Position numbers and translations under genes: made by a program. Below the pieces are notes generated by a model. The model did no database searches and was not told the origin of the DNA. It was given only the letters and a program-made list of their open reading frames with translations. From positions 1-64,000 of the forward strand of contig JBGAQA010000029.1 of the NCBI GenBank assembly GCA_044220955.1: a stretch of 64,000 nt of DNA, given 5' to 3'. Of this stretch, positions 44,604 to 53,954 are shown in pieces. Positions within the stretch are counted from its first letter, which is position 1. Every line of letters begins with the position of its first letter. The DNA comes from Sandaracinaceae bacterium (GTDB lineage Bacteria; Myxococcota_A; Polyangia; Polyangiales; Sandaracinaceae).

Positions 44604-45113
44604 GTGCAGAACGCGCTGCCCGAGGTCGCTCCCCAGCCCACGATGCCGCCCGACGCGGGCCGCTTCGGCGGGGGCTTCGCGCCCGAGCGGGGCGACTGGT
44701 CCTCCAGGATCACGTGGTTCGTCCTGTTCGCCGTGCCCCTGGCGGTCGTCATCACCGCGGCGATGCTCACGCCGTCGGCCTCCGGGCACGGCACGCACAC
44801 CCAGCTCGGCCTCCCGCCCTGCGGGTTTCTCGTGTTCACCGGGTATCCCTGCCCGGGCTGCGGCCTGACCACCGCGTTCGCGCACATGGTTCGCCTCCAG
44901 ATCTTCGGGGCCTGGCACGCCAATCCGTTCGGGATCGTCCTCTTCACGGTCACCGCGCTCACGATCCCGCTCGCCGCCGTGGGCTTCGTGCGGGGCTGGG
45001 GCGTGGTCGCGACGCTCGACCGGCTGCACGCGGAGAAGATCGCCATCGGTCTCTCGTTGCTCTCGCTTGCCGTCTGGATCATCCGCGTCGCCTCGCAGGC
45101 GTTCGGCGGCTGA
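44604..45113 (+). CDS. DUF2752-type membrane protein (start uncertain)
   Basis: GTHTQLGLPPC...TGYPCPGCGLTTAF...ANPFG. Confidence 0.82.
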   Translation: MQNALPEVAPQPTMPPDAGRFGGGFAPERGDWSSRITWFVLFAVPLAVVITAAMLTPSASGHGTHTQLGLPPCGFLVFTGYPCPGCGLTTAFAHMVRLQIFGAWHANPFGIVLFTVTALTIPLAAVGFVRGWGVVATLDRLHAEKIAIGLSLLSLAVWIIRVASQAFGG

Positions 45114-45126
45114 GTCCGCGTTCGTC

Positions 45127-45927
45127 GTGATCGGGATCGACCCGCCCGAGCTCGCGCGCGAGCGGCTGCCCGCTTCGCTCGCCAGGACGGTGGTCTCCCT
45201 GCCGCCCGACGCGGTCCGGGCGCGCTTCCTCGCGGAGGTCGTGCCGCACGGGCCGCTCGTCGTGCGCGCGCACGGGGTGCTCCGCCGGTTCGCGTCCGAC
45301 TTCGACGTGAACGCGTGGCTGGGCTCCTACCGCGTGTGCCTGCTGGGCAAGGCGTCGTTCGAGCGCCTGCTCGAGGGCGCGCCGCGCGACTCGCTCCTCG
45401 ACGTCGGGGCGGGCAGTGGCAGCGTGACCGCCGAGCTCGCACCTCTCTTCTCACGCGTCGTGGTGACCGAGACCTCGCGCGGCGCCGTCCGGACGCTCTC
45501 GCGCCGCTACGAGACCCACGCGATCGATCTCGCCGAGCAGCCGCTCCCACGGGGCGAGCGCTTCTCCGTGGTCACGCTCCTGCACGTGCTCGATCGGGCG
45601 CCGCGGCCCCGGTCGCTGCTCGCGGCCGCGCGCGAGCGCGTCGCGGAGGGCGGGCGTCTGCTCGTCGCCTGCCCCCTGCCCATCCGCGCGCACGTGGATC
45701 GCGGCGGCGGGGCGACGAGCGATCCCGACGAGTGGATCGAGGCCGAGGGGACGTTCGAGGAGGCGCTCGTGTCCCTGGTCGACAAGCTCCTCGCGCCCGC
45801 CGGCCTCGAGGTCGAGCGCATCGCGCGCACGACCTATCTCTCGCAGGGCGACACGAGGCAGCGCTTCTACGCCCTCGACGACGCGCTGCTCGTCTGCCGC
45901 GTGCCCTCGCCGGCCCGCACGCCGTAG
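45127..45927 (+). CDS. Class I SAM methyltransferase, METTL9/DREV-like
   Basis: VNAWLG, LLDVGAGSGSVT, VTETS, HVLDRAPRP, YLSQGD...FYALDDAL. Confidence 0.8.
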   Translation: MIGIDPPELARERLPASLARTVVSLPPDAVRARFLAEVVPHGPLVVRAHGVLRRFASDFDVNAWLGSYRVCLLGKASFERLLEGAPRDSLLDVGAGSGSVTAELAPLFSRVVVTETSRGAVRTLSRRYETHAIDLAEQPLPRGERFSVVTLLHVLDRAPRPRSLLAAARERVAEGGRLLVACPLPIRAHVDRGGGATSDPDEWIEAEGTFEEALVSLVDKLLAPAGLEVERIARTTYLSQGDTRQRFYALDDALLVCRVPSPARTP

Positions 45928-45936
45928 CCGCTCCTC

Positions 45937-46716
45937 CTACTTGCGAAGCGCCTTCTTGCGCGCGGCCGCGGCCACGTACGGAGGCACGCCCGCCCCCTTC
46001 GCGAACGATCGCATGGCCTCGGTCCCCACGTAGTCGAGCGCGCGCAGGGCGACCTCGGCCGGGGTCTTCGGGTTGCGGACGAGCCCCTGAGCCACGTTCG
46101 GCCGGCTGAGCCAGTCCTTGCGATCGGCGATCTGGCGGAGGAAGTCGGCGCCGAGCTGCGCGTTCTTCGCCCAGCCCGCGACCTCGTCGACCGTCACCTG
46201 CGGGCACTTGATCACCAGCGCGTGCAGCGTGCGGTTGGGATCGCGCAGGAGCTTGGCCCGATCCTCGCGCGTGCCGTGGCGCGCGAGCCGGACCTTCTCG
46301 GCCATGGCGTGCATCGCGCGTCCGCGAGGCGCGCCCGCCGCCTCGCTCGCGTCGTCCGCCGGCTCGCTCTCGTCCAGGGCGAGCCCGCCTTCGTCGAGCT
46401 CGTCCCCGGCGATCTCGTGCGACGTCGGGCCCGTGTCGGCGCTCATCCTCGCGTGCAGGGCACGGACCTCGCCCGCGCGCTCGGCGGAGACCGAGAGGAC
46501 CACGCCCACGTCGGGCAGGATGCTCACGACCTCCGACTCGACGACGAGCGAGCCCGCATCGCCCGCCTCGATCTCGAGCGAGACCGGGTCGCGAAACGCG
46601 AGCGCCTCGGGCGCCGCCACGCGCGCCAGGAGCACGCCGCGCGCGATCTCCTCGTCGAGCGCGCGCGTCAGCTCGGCCGGGTCGGCGTACGAGATGCGGA
46701 TGCGCAGGGCGGACAC
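45937..46716 (-). CDS. Hypothetical protein: degenerate PilZ-like N-domain plus helical-repeat C-domain
   Basis: ISY.....EIARG...PVSLEI...VV..GV; EKVRLARHG...RDPN, LVRNPKTP. Confidence 0.65.
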   Translation of the reverse strand: MSALRIRISYADPAELTRALDEEIARGVLLARVAAPEALAFRDPVSLEIEAGDAGSLVVESEVVSILPDVGVVLSVSAERAGEVRALHARMSADTGPTSHEIAGDELDEGGLALDESEPADDASEAAGAPRGRAMHAMAEKVRLARHGTREDRAKLLRDPNRTLHALVIKCPQVTVDEVAGWAKNAQLGADFLRQIADRKDWLSRPNVAQGLVRNPKTPAEVALRALDYVGTEAMRSFAKGAGVPPYVAAAARKKALRK

Positions 46717-46721
46717 GGCCG

Positions 46722-48293
46722 TCAGAGCAGCGGGCGCGCTCCGCCCGCGAGCGTGGTCGCGGGCGTGGAGCTCGGGAACATGATCCCGGCGAAGAAGTCG
46801 TAGGTCTGTCCGGCGAGGAAGTCGCTCCACGGGATCTCGAAGCTGGCGAGGCGCTCGGCGAGCGCGAGCGCCGCGATGAGCGCGCCCTCCTCGGAGTCGA
46901 CGGTGCAGTTGTTGCCGGCGAACCAGACGTTCCCCATGCCCTGGATGTCGTGGAGCTGGCGCTTCTTGGCCATGTCGTGGGTCGAGACCCAGCGGCCGTG
47001 CTTCCACTTCTTCTCGAAGATCACCTTCGCCGGATCCGGGCGCCGCGCGTGGTCGGCGACGCCGTACATCGACACGTAGCAGGGCGCCGGACAGCCGACG
47101 ACGTTGTGCATCAGGTAGGTCGTGAACGTGTCGTCCAGCTTGTACGGCAGGTGGAAGAGGTTGCCCGCCGTGTTGCCGTCCCACGTGTAGTAGGCGTTGA
47201 AGTGCGCGTCCTCCTTCTGGAGGCGCAGCGAGGGGGAGAGCACGTTGGTGTCCTGGTGGATGACGCAGAGACCGGGCATGAGGTTCCAGCCCGCGACGTA
47301 GTCGTCCTGGATGTGCCAGTACGGGTTCTGCGCGTGCCCGAGCAGCTGGCCGTTCACGTCCATGTCGGTCGTGAGGATCACCGCGTCGAAGAGGGCCTTC
47401 GACACGGGCGCGCTCGGGTCATCCTTCTTCGCGAAGGGCACCCACTCCACGCACACCTTGTCGCCCTGCGCCTTCGGGATCACGCGGCGCACGTGCGTGC
47501 CCGTCTGGGCCGTCGCCCCGCGCTGCTCGGCGAACGCGATCATCCCCTCGACCCAGCGCTGCGCCCCGTACTCGAAGCGATCCCAGCCGAGCCCGGGCTT
47601 GGTGAAGCTGCCGAGCGGCCCGACGTGCTGGAAGAGCGGGATCTTCGCGAAGATCGGGAAGAGGTCCCGCTTCGTCATCGTCAAGAGCTCGTCGGTGCCG
47701 TAGCCGTTGATGATCGCGAGGTAGGACACGAGCATGTAGCGGAAGAAGTCGCCCGTGCGGTCCACGCCCTTGTGGGTGAGGTAGCGGTCGATGTCCCAGC
47801 TCATCCACCAGCTGAGATCGAACAGGCGCAGGTCCTCCGAGAACTGCTCGGCGTCCTTCACGCCGGCCGCCGTGTAGCCCTTCGCGAAGGCGGGGCCGGA
47901 CTGGTAGGCGGGGAAGTTCCCCCAGTTGACGTCGTCGCGGAACGCCGAGGCGATCTTGAGCTCCGGGTGCTTCTTGAGCGCCATGGCGGTGACGCCCTGG
48001 AACTCGGGCAGCTTCAGCATCTGGTAGAGGTTCGGGTAGACCGGCTCGCAGACGAACTGCACGCCGATGTCGATGGCGAACGAGCCCGGGTCCATGTCGC
48101 CCGTCAGCGCCCCCTTGCCCGTCACGGAGTCGAACTTCACGAAGTACGTGTCGGAGTGGCCGCCGTAGGCCGGCTCGTCGTGGAAGAGCGTCGGGCGGAA
48201 CGCATCTCTCTGCGCCTGATCCCGAGTGAGCGCCCAGAGCAAGGCGCCTCCCGTCGCACCGCCCCCCACGATCGCGATCTCTTTCGTTGCCAT
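46722..48293 (-). CDS. FAD-dependent oxidoreductase (amine oxidase-like fold)
   Basis: IAIVGGGATG, GGHSDT, IDIGVQF...YPN, QGMGNVWFAG. Confidence 0.8.
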   Translation of the reverse strand: MATKEIAIVGGGATGGALLWALTRDQAQRDAFRPTLFHDEPAYGGHSDTYFVKFDSVTGKGALTGDMDPGSFAIDIGVQFVCEPVYPNLYQMLKLPEFQGVTAMALKKHPELKIASAFRDDVNWGNFPAYQSGPAFAKGYTAAGVKDAEQFSEDLRLFDLSWWMSWDIDRYLTHKGVDRTGDFFRYMLVSYLAIINGYGTDELLTMTKRDLFPIFAKIPLFQHVGPLGSFTKPGLGWDRFEYGAQRWVEGMIAFAEQRGATAQTGTHVRRVIPKAQGDKVCVEWVPFAKKDDPSAPVSKALFDAVILTTDMDVNGQLLGHAQNPYWHIQDDYVAGWNLMPGLCVIHQDTNVLSPSLRLQKEDAHFNAYYTWDGNTAGNLFHLPYKLDDTFTTYLMHNVVGCPAPCYVSMYGVADHARRPDPAKVIFEKKWKHGRWVSTHDMAKKRQLHDIQGMGNVWFAGNNCTVDSEEGALIAALALAERLASFEIPWSDFLAGQTYDFFAGIMFPSSTPATTLAGGARPLL

Positions 48294-48394
48294 CGTTGCT
48301 CCCTCGTCGAGCCGCGCGAGAGGATACGTCGAGCCACGAGCAGCGTCGTCGGGGAATTCTCATCCACCACGCGAGCAGGTATGGTCGGGCCTCG

Positions 48395-48880
48395 ATGTCG
48401 AGCCTCGGCGCGCCTCGGATCGTGTCGCCGGACGCCGACGTCACGTTCGGCTTCGCACCGCGCGTCGCCGTCTCCGTCTGGAGAGGGCGCGTGAGGATGG
48501 CGCACCTCGACGCGTGGGCGAGCGAGCTGCGCGCGTTCATCCCGCGCTGCGAGGGCCACGGCTACGCGTCGATCACCGTCATCGAGCCCTCCATCTCGCT
48601 CAAGCTCCCGGACGACGTGCGCTCCGCGTCGGAGAAGCTCCAGCGCGAGTGCGCGCCGCACATCAAGTGCCTGGCCTACCTGGTGGAGTCACGCGGCTTC
48701 GTGGCGGCGACCACGCGCACCATCGCGTCCGGGTTCCTGCTCGTCACGCGCGCCCCGTACCCCCTGAAGGTCTTCGGCTCGCTGGAGGAGTGCGCGCTCT
48801 GGGCGGCCCCGCACGTCGACGTGGGGGGCCGCGACGTCGAGCGGCTGGTGAACCGCGTTCGGGCCGGCGAACCGATCTGA
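48395..48880 (+). CDS. Hypothetical protein (STAS/SEC14-like small alpha/beta)
   Basis: P..VR...A.LV...GF.A...R......P.KVF.SLEE...W pattern. Confidence 0.6.
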   Translation: MSSLGAPRIVSPDADVTFGFAPRVAVSVWRGRVRMAHLDAWASELRAFIPRCEGHGYASITVIEPSISLKLPDDVRSASEKLQRECAPHIKCLAYLVESRGFVAATTRTIASGFLLVTRAPYPLKVFGSLEECALWAAPHVDVGGRDVERLVNRVRAGEPI

Positions 48881-48902
48881 GCCGCGGGCGCGGTCCTCCG
48901 GC

Positions 48903-49700
48903 TCAGGGCACCGGGCAGTCGCCGTAGGCCGGCAGCGTCTGCGTCGTCGTGAACGGTCCTTCGGTCACGCTCACCGTCCCGCTCATCGCCGTCGCGGCGC
49001 TGAACGTGATCGACTGCACGAGCCGGCCCGTCGTCGCCGTCACGGTGCCCGCGCTCGGGTAGCAGTCGCCGCGCGTCCACACGAGGCCGCGGATCGAGAT
49101 CGACGTGGTCGTGCCCGAGCGCGTGGCCGTGAGGTCGGCGGAGAGCGAGAACGCGCCGGTCGTCGCGCCGATCGTCGCGCTCCCGGCGATGCTGGACGTG
49201 CCGCTCGTGAGCGCGACGTCCACCGTGAGCCCCGTGAGGCGGGTGGCGAAGCCGAGCGTGCCCGAGAGCGGAGAGCCGTCGACGGTGAAGCTCGTGAACG
49301 TGAACGTCGCGGTGGCCTCGCCCGCCATCACGCCCACGGCGAGGGACATCGTTCCGGTGACGACGTGTCCGCTCGGCGTGGTGCACGGCGTCGTCCCGAA
49401 CTCGATCGTGATCGCCGTCCCGGTACGCGAGACGGTGCCGCAGCCGACGAGCGCGTCGGTGGCGTGCATCGCCACGGCCATCGCGTTCTGGTCGGCGGTC
49501 TGCATCCGATCGAGCACCGGATCGAAGCCGAGCACGTCGTCCGAGACCTCGAGCGCGGCTTCCGTCGTGACGACGACGTTGGACGTGTGCGCGTAGGCGT
49601 CCGTGTCGAGCGTCCCGCCGGTTCCATCCTGCCGGCAGGCCGTGACGAGCGCGGCGCACGAGAAGAGCACGATCGACCCGGAGATGTGGCGGTGTCTCAT
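48903..49700 (-). CDS. Thr-rich beta-strand lipoprotein
   Basis: Lipobox LVTAC; beta-rich body with Cys pairs. Confidence 0.7.
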   Translation of the reverse strand: MRHRHISGSIVLFSCAALVTACRQDGTGGTLDTDAYAHTSNVVVTTEAALEVSDDVLGFDPVLDRMQTADQNAMAVAMHATDALVGCGTVSRTGTAITIEFGTTPCTTPSGHVVTGTMSLAVGVMAGEATATFTFTSFTVDGSPLSGTLGFATRLTGLTVDVALTSGTSSIAGSATIGATTGAFSLSADLTATRSGTTTSISIRGLVWTRGDCYPSAGTVTATTGRLVQSITFSAATAMSGTVSVTEGPFTTTQTLPAYGDCPVP

Positions 49701-49759
49701 CCCCTCAGCGTACGACGAGCGCGCGTCGTGGGGTCGTGGACGATGTGTGGACGTGCACG

Positions 49760-51079
49760 TCAGTCGATGCAGAGCCGGCGTCCGCGGCCCACCGCGGTCG
49801 CGAGCGCGCCCGTGGGATACGCGCTCACGAAGTTGAAGCACATCTCGTCCTCGGTGCGCTCGCCGAAGTAGATGGGGCTGTCGGTGCCGTTGTCGAACGT
49901 ACACGTCGTCCGGATCACGTCCCCGGGCTCTATGACCATCGCGCCGCCCGGCGGGGCGTAGCCGGTCTGCGAGTTGAAGTCCCACCGGCCGATCGACACG
50001 AGCGGCTCGATCCGCGTCGGGTCGCCGCCGCGCAGCACCTCCGAGAGGAACGTGACGCCGTGCGTGTGCATGTGGGGCCCCGAGCCCACGATGGTGACCG
50101 GGGCCGTGATGTCGGGCGTGCACGTGCCGACGACCGCGTGGCCGATCTCGCGCGGCTGGATCGCGATGTTGAGCGAGCCGAGCGTGGAGGTGCCGATCTC
50201 GTGGGGGCGCGGCGTGTCGGTCGTGCAGAGCGCGACACCGCTCTGGTCGGCGACGTCGGTGTAGCCGGCCACGTTCCAGTAGTGCACCTGCAGGATGACG
50301 AAGCCACCCGCGTCGGGGAGCTCGCGCCCCATGTCGTCGGGCAAGAGCTGGTTCTGGCCGCCGGGCGCCCACCCGGTCAGGAACTGCACGCCGCTGGCGA
50401 GGCCGCCGGTCGCGCCGCACTCCCAGGCATCGCCCACGCTCACGCCGGGGGGCAGGGCGTCGGCGGCGAAGATGATCCAGTGATGCAAGACGCGCGGATC
50501 GTCGATGATCGGCGCGAACGCGGTGCCCTGCGTCGTCGCACCGAAGGGCGCGGCGTACGCGAAGCACATCGTCGTGTTGCCGCTGCTTGCCGCCCCTGCG
50601 GGGAGCCGGAACGGCGCCCTCGGATCGCCGGGCGCGTGCGCGACGAACGTCGCGCTCGGCGGGCAGGGCAGGAACTCGGGCCCGACCATGTCGGGCGGCG
50701 GCGTCATCATCGTCTCGCCGGTGCCGGGCGGCGCGCCGGCGGCGATCCACGCGTCGAGCGTCGCCAGCTCGCTCGCGGGCAGCATCCCGGTCCCCGGCAT
50801 CGGCCGCGCCGCGTCGTGGATGCGCATCCCGACCACCTCGAACACGGGTGTGCCGGGCGCGGTCGTCGCGGGCGCGTGCATCGCCTCCCAGGTCACGAGG
50901 CTCATCGGCGCGCCGAACTGCGGCGCGGCGGCGTGGCAGCTCGCGCATCGGGCGTCGATGATCGCCTGCACCTCGGGCGGCAGGGGCGTGGGCCCCGTGC
51001 TCGCGGGCGCGGTGCTGCACGCGCCCAGCGCGAGCAGCGCGATCGAGGTCAGGGTGGCGCGCGTGCGAGTCTCGTTCAT
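49760..51079 (-). CDS. Lipoprotein copper type II ascorbate-dependent monooxygenase (PHM/DBH-like) with N-terminal haem c motif
   Basis: LGAC; CASCH; VLHHWII, LQVHY, PHMHTHG, DEMC. Confidence 0.88.
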   Translation of the reverse strand: MNETRTRATLTSIALLALGACSTAPASTGPTPLPPEVQAIIDARCASCHAAAPQFGAPMSLVTWEAMHAPATTAPGTPVFEVVGMRIHDAARPMPGTGMLPASELATLDAWIAAGAPPGTGETMMTPPPDMVGPEFLPCPPSATFVAHAPGDPRAPFRLPAGAASSGNTTMCFAYAAPFGATTQGTAFAPIIDDPRVLHHWIIFAADALPPGVSVGDAWECGATGGLASGVQFLTGWAPGGQNQLLPDDMGRELPDAGGFVILQVHYWNVAGYTDVADQSGVALCTTDTPRPHEIGTSTLGSLNIAIQPREIGHAVVGTCTPDITAPVTIVGSGPHMHTHGVTFLSEVLRGGDPTRIEPLVSIGRWDFNSQTGYAPPGGAMVIEPGDVIRTTCTFDNGTDSPIYFGERTEDEMCFNFVSAYPTGALATAVGRGRRLCID

Positions 51080-51087
51080 GGCGAACC

Positions 51088-51750
51088 TCAGGTGGGCATC
51101 CGCGTGCCCGTGAGAACGATGGTGTTCTCTCCGAGCATGCCGTTCGTGGTGAGGACGAGCGTCCCGCGGGAGGGCCCCGCCGTGAACTGCGTGTCGAGAC
51201 CGGTAGCGCTGGTCATCGTGGGAGGCGGCGCGACGCACTCGGGCGCCAGCGACAGCATCGCACCGTTCGTCGTGTACGTGCCACGGATGTCGGTGACCTG
51301 GTGCCGGCGAATCGTCCCCGCGGCGGTGCCGGCGAGCGTCACGTCGAGGGCGAGCTCCATGCGAAGCTCGGTTCCGTCGGCGACGATCCACGCCGTGCCG
51401 GCGATCGACGACGTCGACGGGTCGTACATGCTCCCCGTGCCCGGTCCGGTGAAGATCGTGACGTGCTCGATCCGCCACACTCCGGTCGGGTCGCCGCCGC
51501 TCTGCGCCGGAACGGGCATGCCGCCGTCGGCGTCGAGCGGGACGAGCTCGCCCGTCAGCGGGACCAGCCCGGCCGGGGCGGGGGTGACGTCGCACGAGAG
51601 GCCCCCGTCGGTCGCGGGCGCTGCGTCGGCCGTGGGCGCGGCGTCGGCCCCGCCGTCGCGAGGGGCAGCTGCGTCGATGACGAGGCCCGGAGCCGTGCTG
51701 CAGCCCACCAGCGCCGGCAGCCCGAGGGCGATGAGGGTCGAGCAGCGCAT
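51088..51750 (-). CDS. Lipoprotein of unknown function
   Basis: Lipobox LVGC; GGDPTGVW followed by beta-rich domain. Confidence 0.7.
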   Translation of the reverse strand: MRCSTLIALGLPALVGCSTAPGLVIDAAAPRDGGADAAPTADAAPATDGGLSCDVTPAPAGLVPLTGELVPLDADGGMPVPAQSGGDPTGVWRIEHVTIFTGPGTGSMYDPSTSSIAGTAWIVADGTELRMELALDVTLAGTAAGTIRRHQVTDIRGTYTTNGAMLSLAPECVAPPPTMTSATGLDTQFTAGPSRGTLVLTTNGMLGENTIVLTGTRMPT

Positions 51751-51852
51751 GGGGCGGACCCTACGCTCGTCGGGCTCGCGCGGGGTGTGGACGATTTGTG
51801 CACGCGTGCGGGACGCTTGGATTCCCTCGCCGCGGTGAGCGATCGTTCTGGC

Positions 51853-52566
51853 GTGGCCCGCCTGCTCATCGTGGAGGACGACCCCGCGATCGCGCTCCTC
51901 TTGCGCGATCACCTCGCGCGCGCCGGGCACGAGGTCACGCTCTCGCACGACGGGGTCGACGCGCTCGCGCGCGTGGACGGGCAGCTTCCCGACCTCGTCG
52001 TGCTCGACGTGATGCTGCCCGGTCGATCGGGGCTCGAGGTCTGCGCCGCGATCCGCCGCCGGCCGCCCCCGCAGCCGGTCGTGCTCATGCTGACCGCGCG
52101 CCAGAGCGAAGAGGATGCCGTGGCCGGCTTCGAGGCCGGCGCCGACGACTACGTTCGAAAGCCCTTCGGCGTGACGGAGCTCGTGCGGCGCGTCGAGGCG
52201 CTGCTCGTGCTCGGCCGCCGGCAGCAGCGGGCGGCCGCCGAGCCTCGGATCGCGATCGGCGCGCTCGTGATCGATCTCGGCGCGCGCGTCGTCTCCGTCT
52301 CGGGGAAGATGGTGCACCTGACGCCGAAGGAGCTCGACCTGCTCGCGCACCTCGCTCAGCGTCCGCGCGTCGTGATCGATCGCGAGACGCTGCTCTCGGA
52401 CGTCTGGGGCTACCAGCACGCGGGCTACGCGCGGACCGTGGACAGCCACGTCACACGCATCCGCAAGAAGCTCGCTGCCGCGGGGCTCCCCGGCGAGCTC
52501 ATCACCACCATCCACGGAAGCGGCTACCGGCTCGACGCCGACCCGGGCAGCGAGGGGTCGCCGTGA
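51853..52566 (+). CDS. OmpR/PhoB-family response regulator
   Basis: IVEDD, LDVMLPG, GADDYVRKPF, LTPKELDLL, RTVDSHV..IRKK, G.GY. Confidence 0.95.
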   Translation: MARLLIVEDDPAIALLLRDHLARAGHEVTLSHDGVDALARVDGQLPDLVVLDVMLPGRSGLEVCAAIRRRPPPQPVVLMLTARQSEEDAVAGFEAGADDYVRKPFGVTELVRRVEALLVLGRRQQRAAAEPRIAIGALVIDLGARVVSVSGKMVHLTPKELDLLAHLAQRPRVVIDRETLLSDVWGYQHAGYARTVDSHVTRIRKKLAAAGLPGELITTIHGSGYRLDADPGSEGSP

Positions 52567-53954
52567 AGCGGCTCTCGGTCCGCATCGGGCTGGCGATCCT
52601 CGGACTCGTCTTGTTCGTCACCGTGGCGCAAGGGCTCGGGCTCGCGCTCGTCTTCCTCGAGCAGATCGGTGGCGTGCGCGAGCGGCTGGCAGAAGAGGGC
52701 TCGGCGCTCGCCCGGCTCGCCGTCGCGGACGGCGTGGACGACGCGACGCTCCGCCGAGAGCTCGGCCCTCTCGACCACCTCCGCGTGGGCGTCTACGACA
52801 CGCAGGGGAGGCGCGTCACGGCGAGCCGCGACGACCCGAGGATCCGCGAGCACCTCGACGCCGATCTGCGCCGCCGCGCGCGCGATCGGCGGGGGCTGCC
52901 CTACTACGTCACCCCGATCGAGCCGGGGGCGCCGACCGACTTCGTCGTGGCCGTCGACGAGGGGCGACGCTTCGTCACGTTCTACGAGGACTCGGCGCCC
53001 GAGGCGTTCCCGACGGCTCGCTCGCGAATCCTCGTGCTCGCGATGCTCGTCGCCGTCGCCATCGCCCTCGCGCTGACGTTCGTCATCGCCCGCCGCGTGC
53101 GCACGGCGATCCAGACGACCGAGCACGCGGTGCGACGGATGGCCGCCGGCGATCTCGCGGCGCGTCTGCCGGCGAGCGGGGACGACGAGCTCGGCTCGCT
53201 CGTGCGCGACTTCAACGCGATGGCCGAGAAGCTCGAGGGCGAGGCGGAGCGGCGCAAGGCGCTCTTCGCCGCGTTCACGCACGAGATCAACACGCCGCTC
53301 ACCGCGGTGCTCGGCTACCTCGAGTCGCTGCGCATGCCCGAGGTGGACGCCGACGTCGCGACGCGAAGGCGCTACGTCGAGGTCGCGTTCGAGCAGGCCC
53401 GGCAGCTCGACACGCTCGCCGACGACCTCACGACGCTGTCGCGGCTCGACTACGAAGGGCTCGCGCTCGACCGGGAGACGGTGGATCTGCGCCGTGTGGT
53501 CGAGGACGAGGTCGCCGCGCTCCGACCGCGCGCGGACGAGCGGAAGATCGAGCTCGGCATCGAGGGGGACGCAGCACGCTGCCCGCTCGATCGCACGCGC
53601 TTCGGGCAGGTCGTCAGGATCGTCGTCGACAACGCGATCCGTCACGGCGCGGGTGGCACCGGCGTGCGAGTGCGGGTCGCGGTCGAGGGCCGATCCGCCG
53701 TGCTCGAGGTGATCGATCGCGGCGCCGGCATCCCCGCCGAGCACCTGCCGCGTCTCGGGACGCCCCTCTATCGCGTGGACCCGTCGCGCGCCCGGACGGG
53801 CGCGGGCGGCCGCGGGCTCGGCCTCGCGATCGCGCACGGCATCGTGAAGGCGCACGGCGGCACGCTCGAGATCGCGTCGCAGGAGGGAGAGGGAACCCGC
53901 GTCCGCGTGGTCGTCCCGACCGCTCTCGACGATCAGGAGACGAAGCTGGCCTGA
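52563..53954 (+). CDS. HAMP sensor histidine kinase
   Basis: Two TMs, DELG.L..DFN.MA, HEINTPL, DNAIRH, DRGAGI, GLGLAI. Confidence 0.95.
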   Translation: MKRLSVRIGLAILGLVLFVTVAQGLGLALVFLEQIGGVRERLAEEGSALARLAVADGVDDATLRRELGPLDHLRVGVYDTQGRRVTASRDDPRIREHLDADLRRRARDRRGLPYYVTPIEPGAPTDFVVAVDEGRRFVTFYEDSAPEAFPTARSRILVLAMLVAVAIALALTFVIARRVRTAIQTTEHAVRRMAAGDLAARLPASGDDELGSLVRDFNAMAEKLEGEAERRKALFAAFTHEINTPLTAVLGYLESLRMPEVDADVATRRRYVEVAFEQARQLDTLADDLTTLSRLDYEGLALDRETVDLRRVVEDEVAALRPRADERKIELGIEGDAARCPLDRTRFGQVVRIVVDNAIRHGAGGTGVRVRVAVEGRSAVLEVIDRGAGIPAEHLPRLGTPLYRVDPSRARTGAGGRGLGLAIAHGIVKAHGGTLEIASQEGEGTRVRVVVPTALDDQETKLA

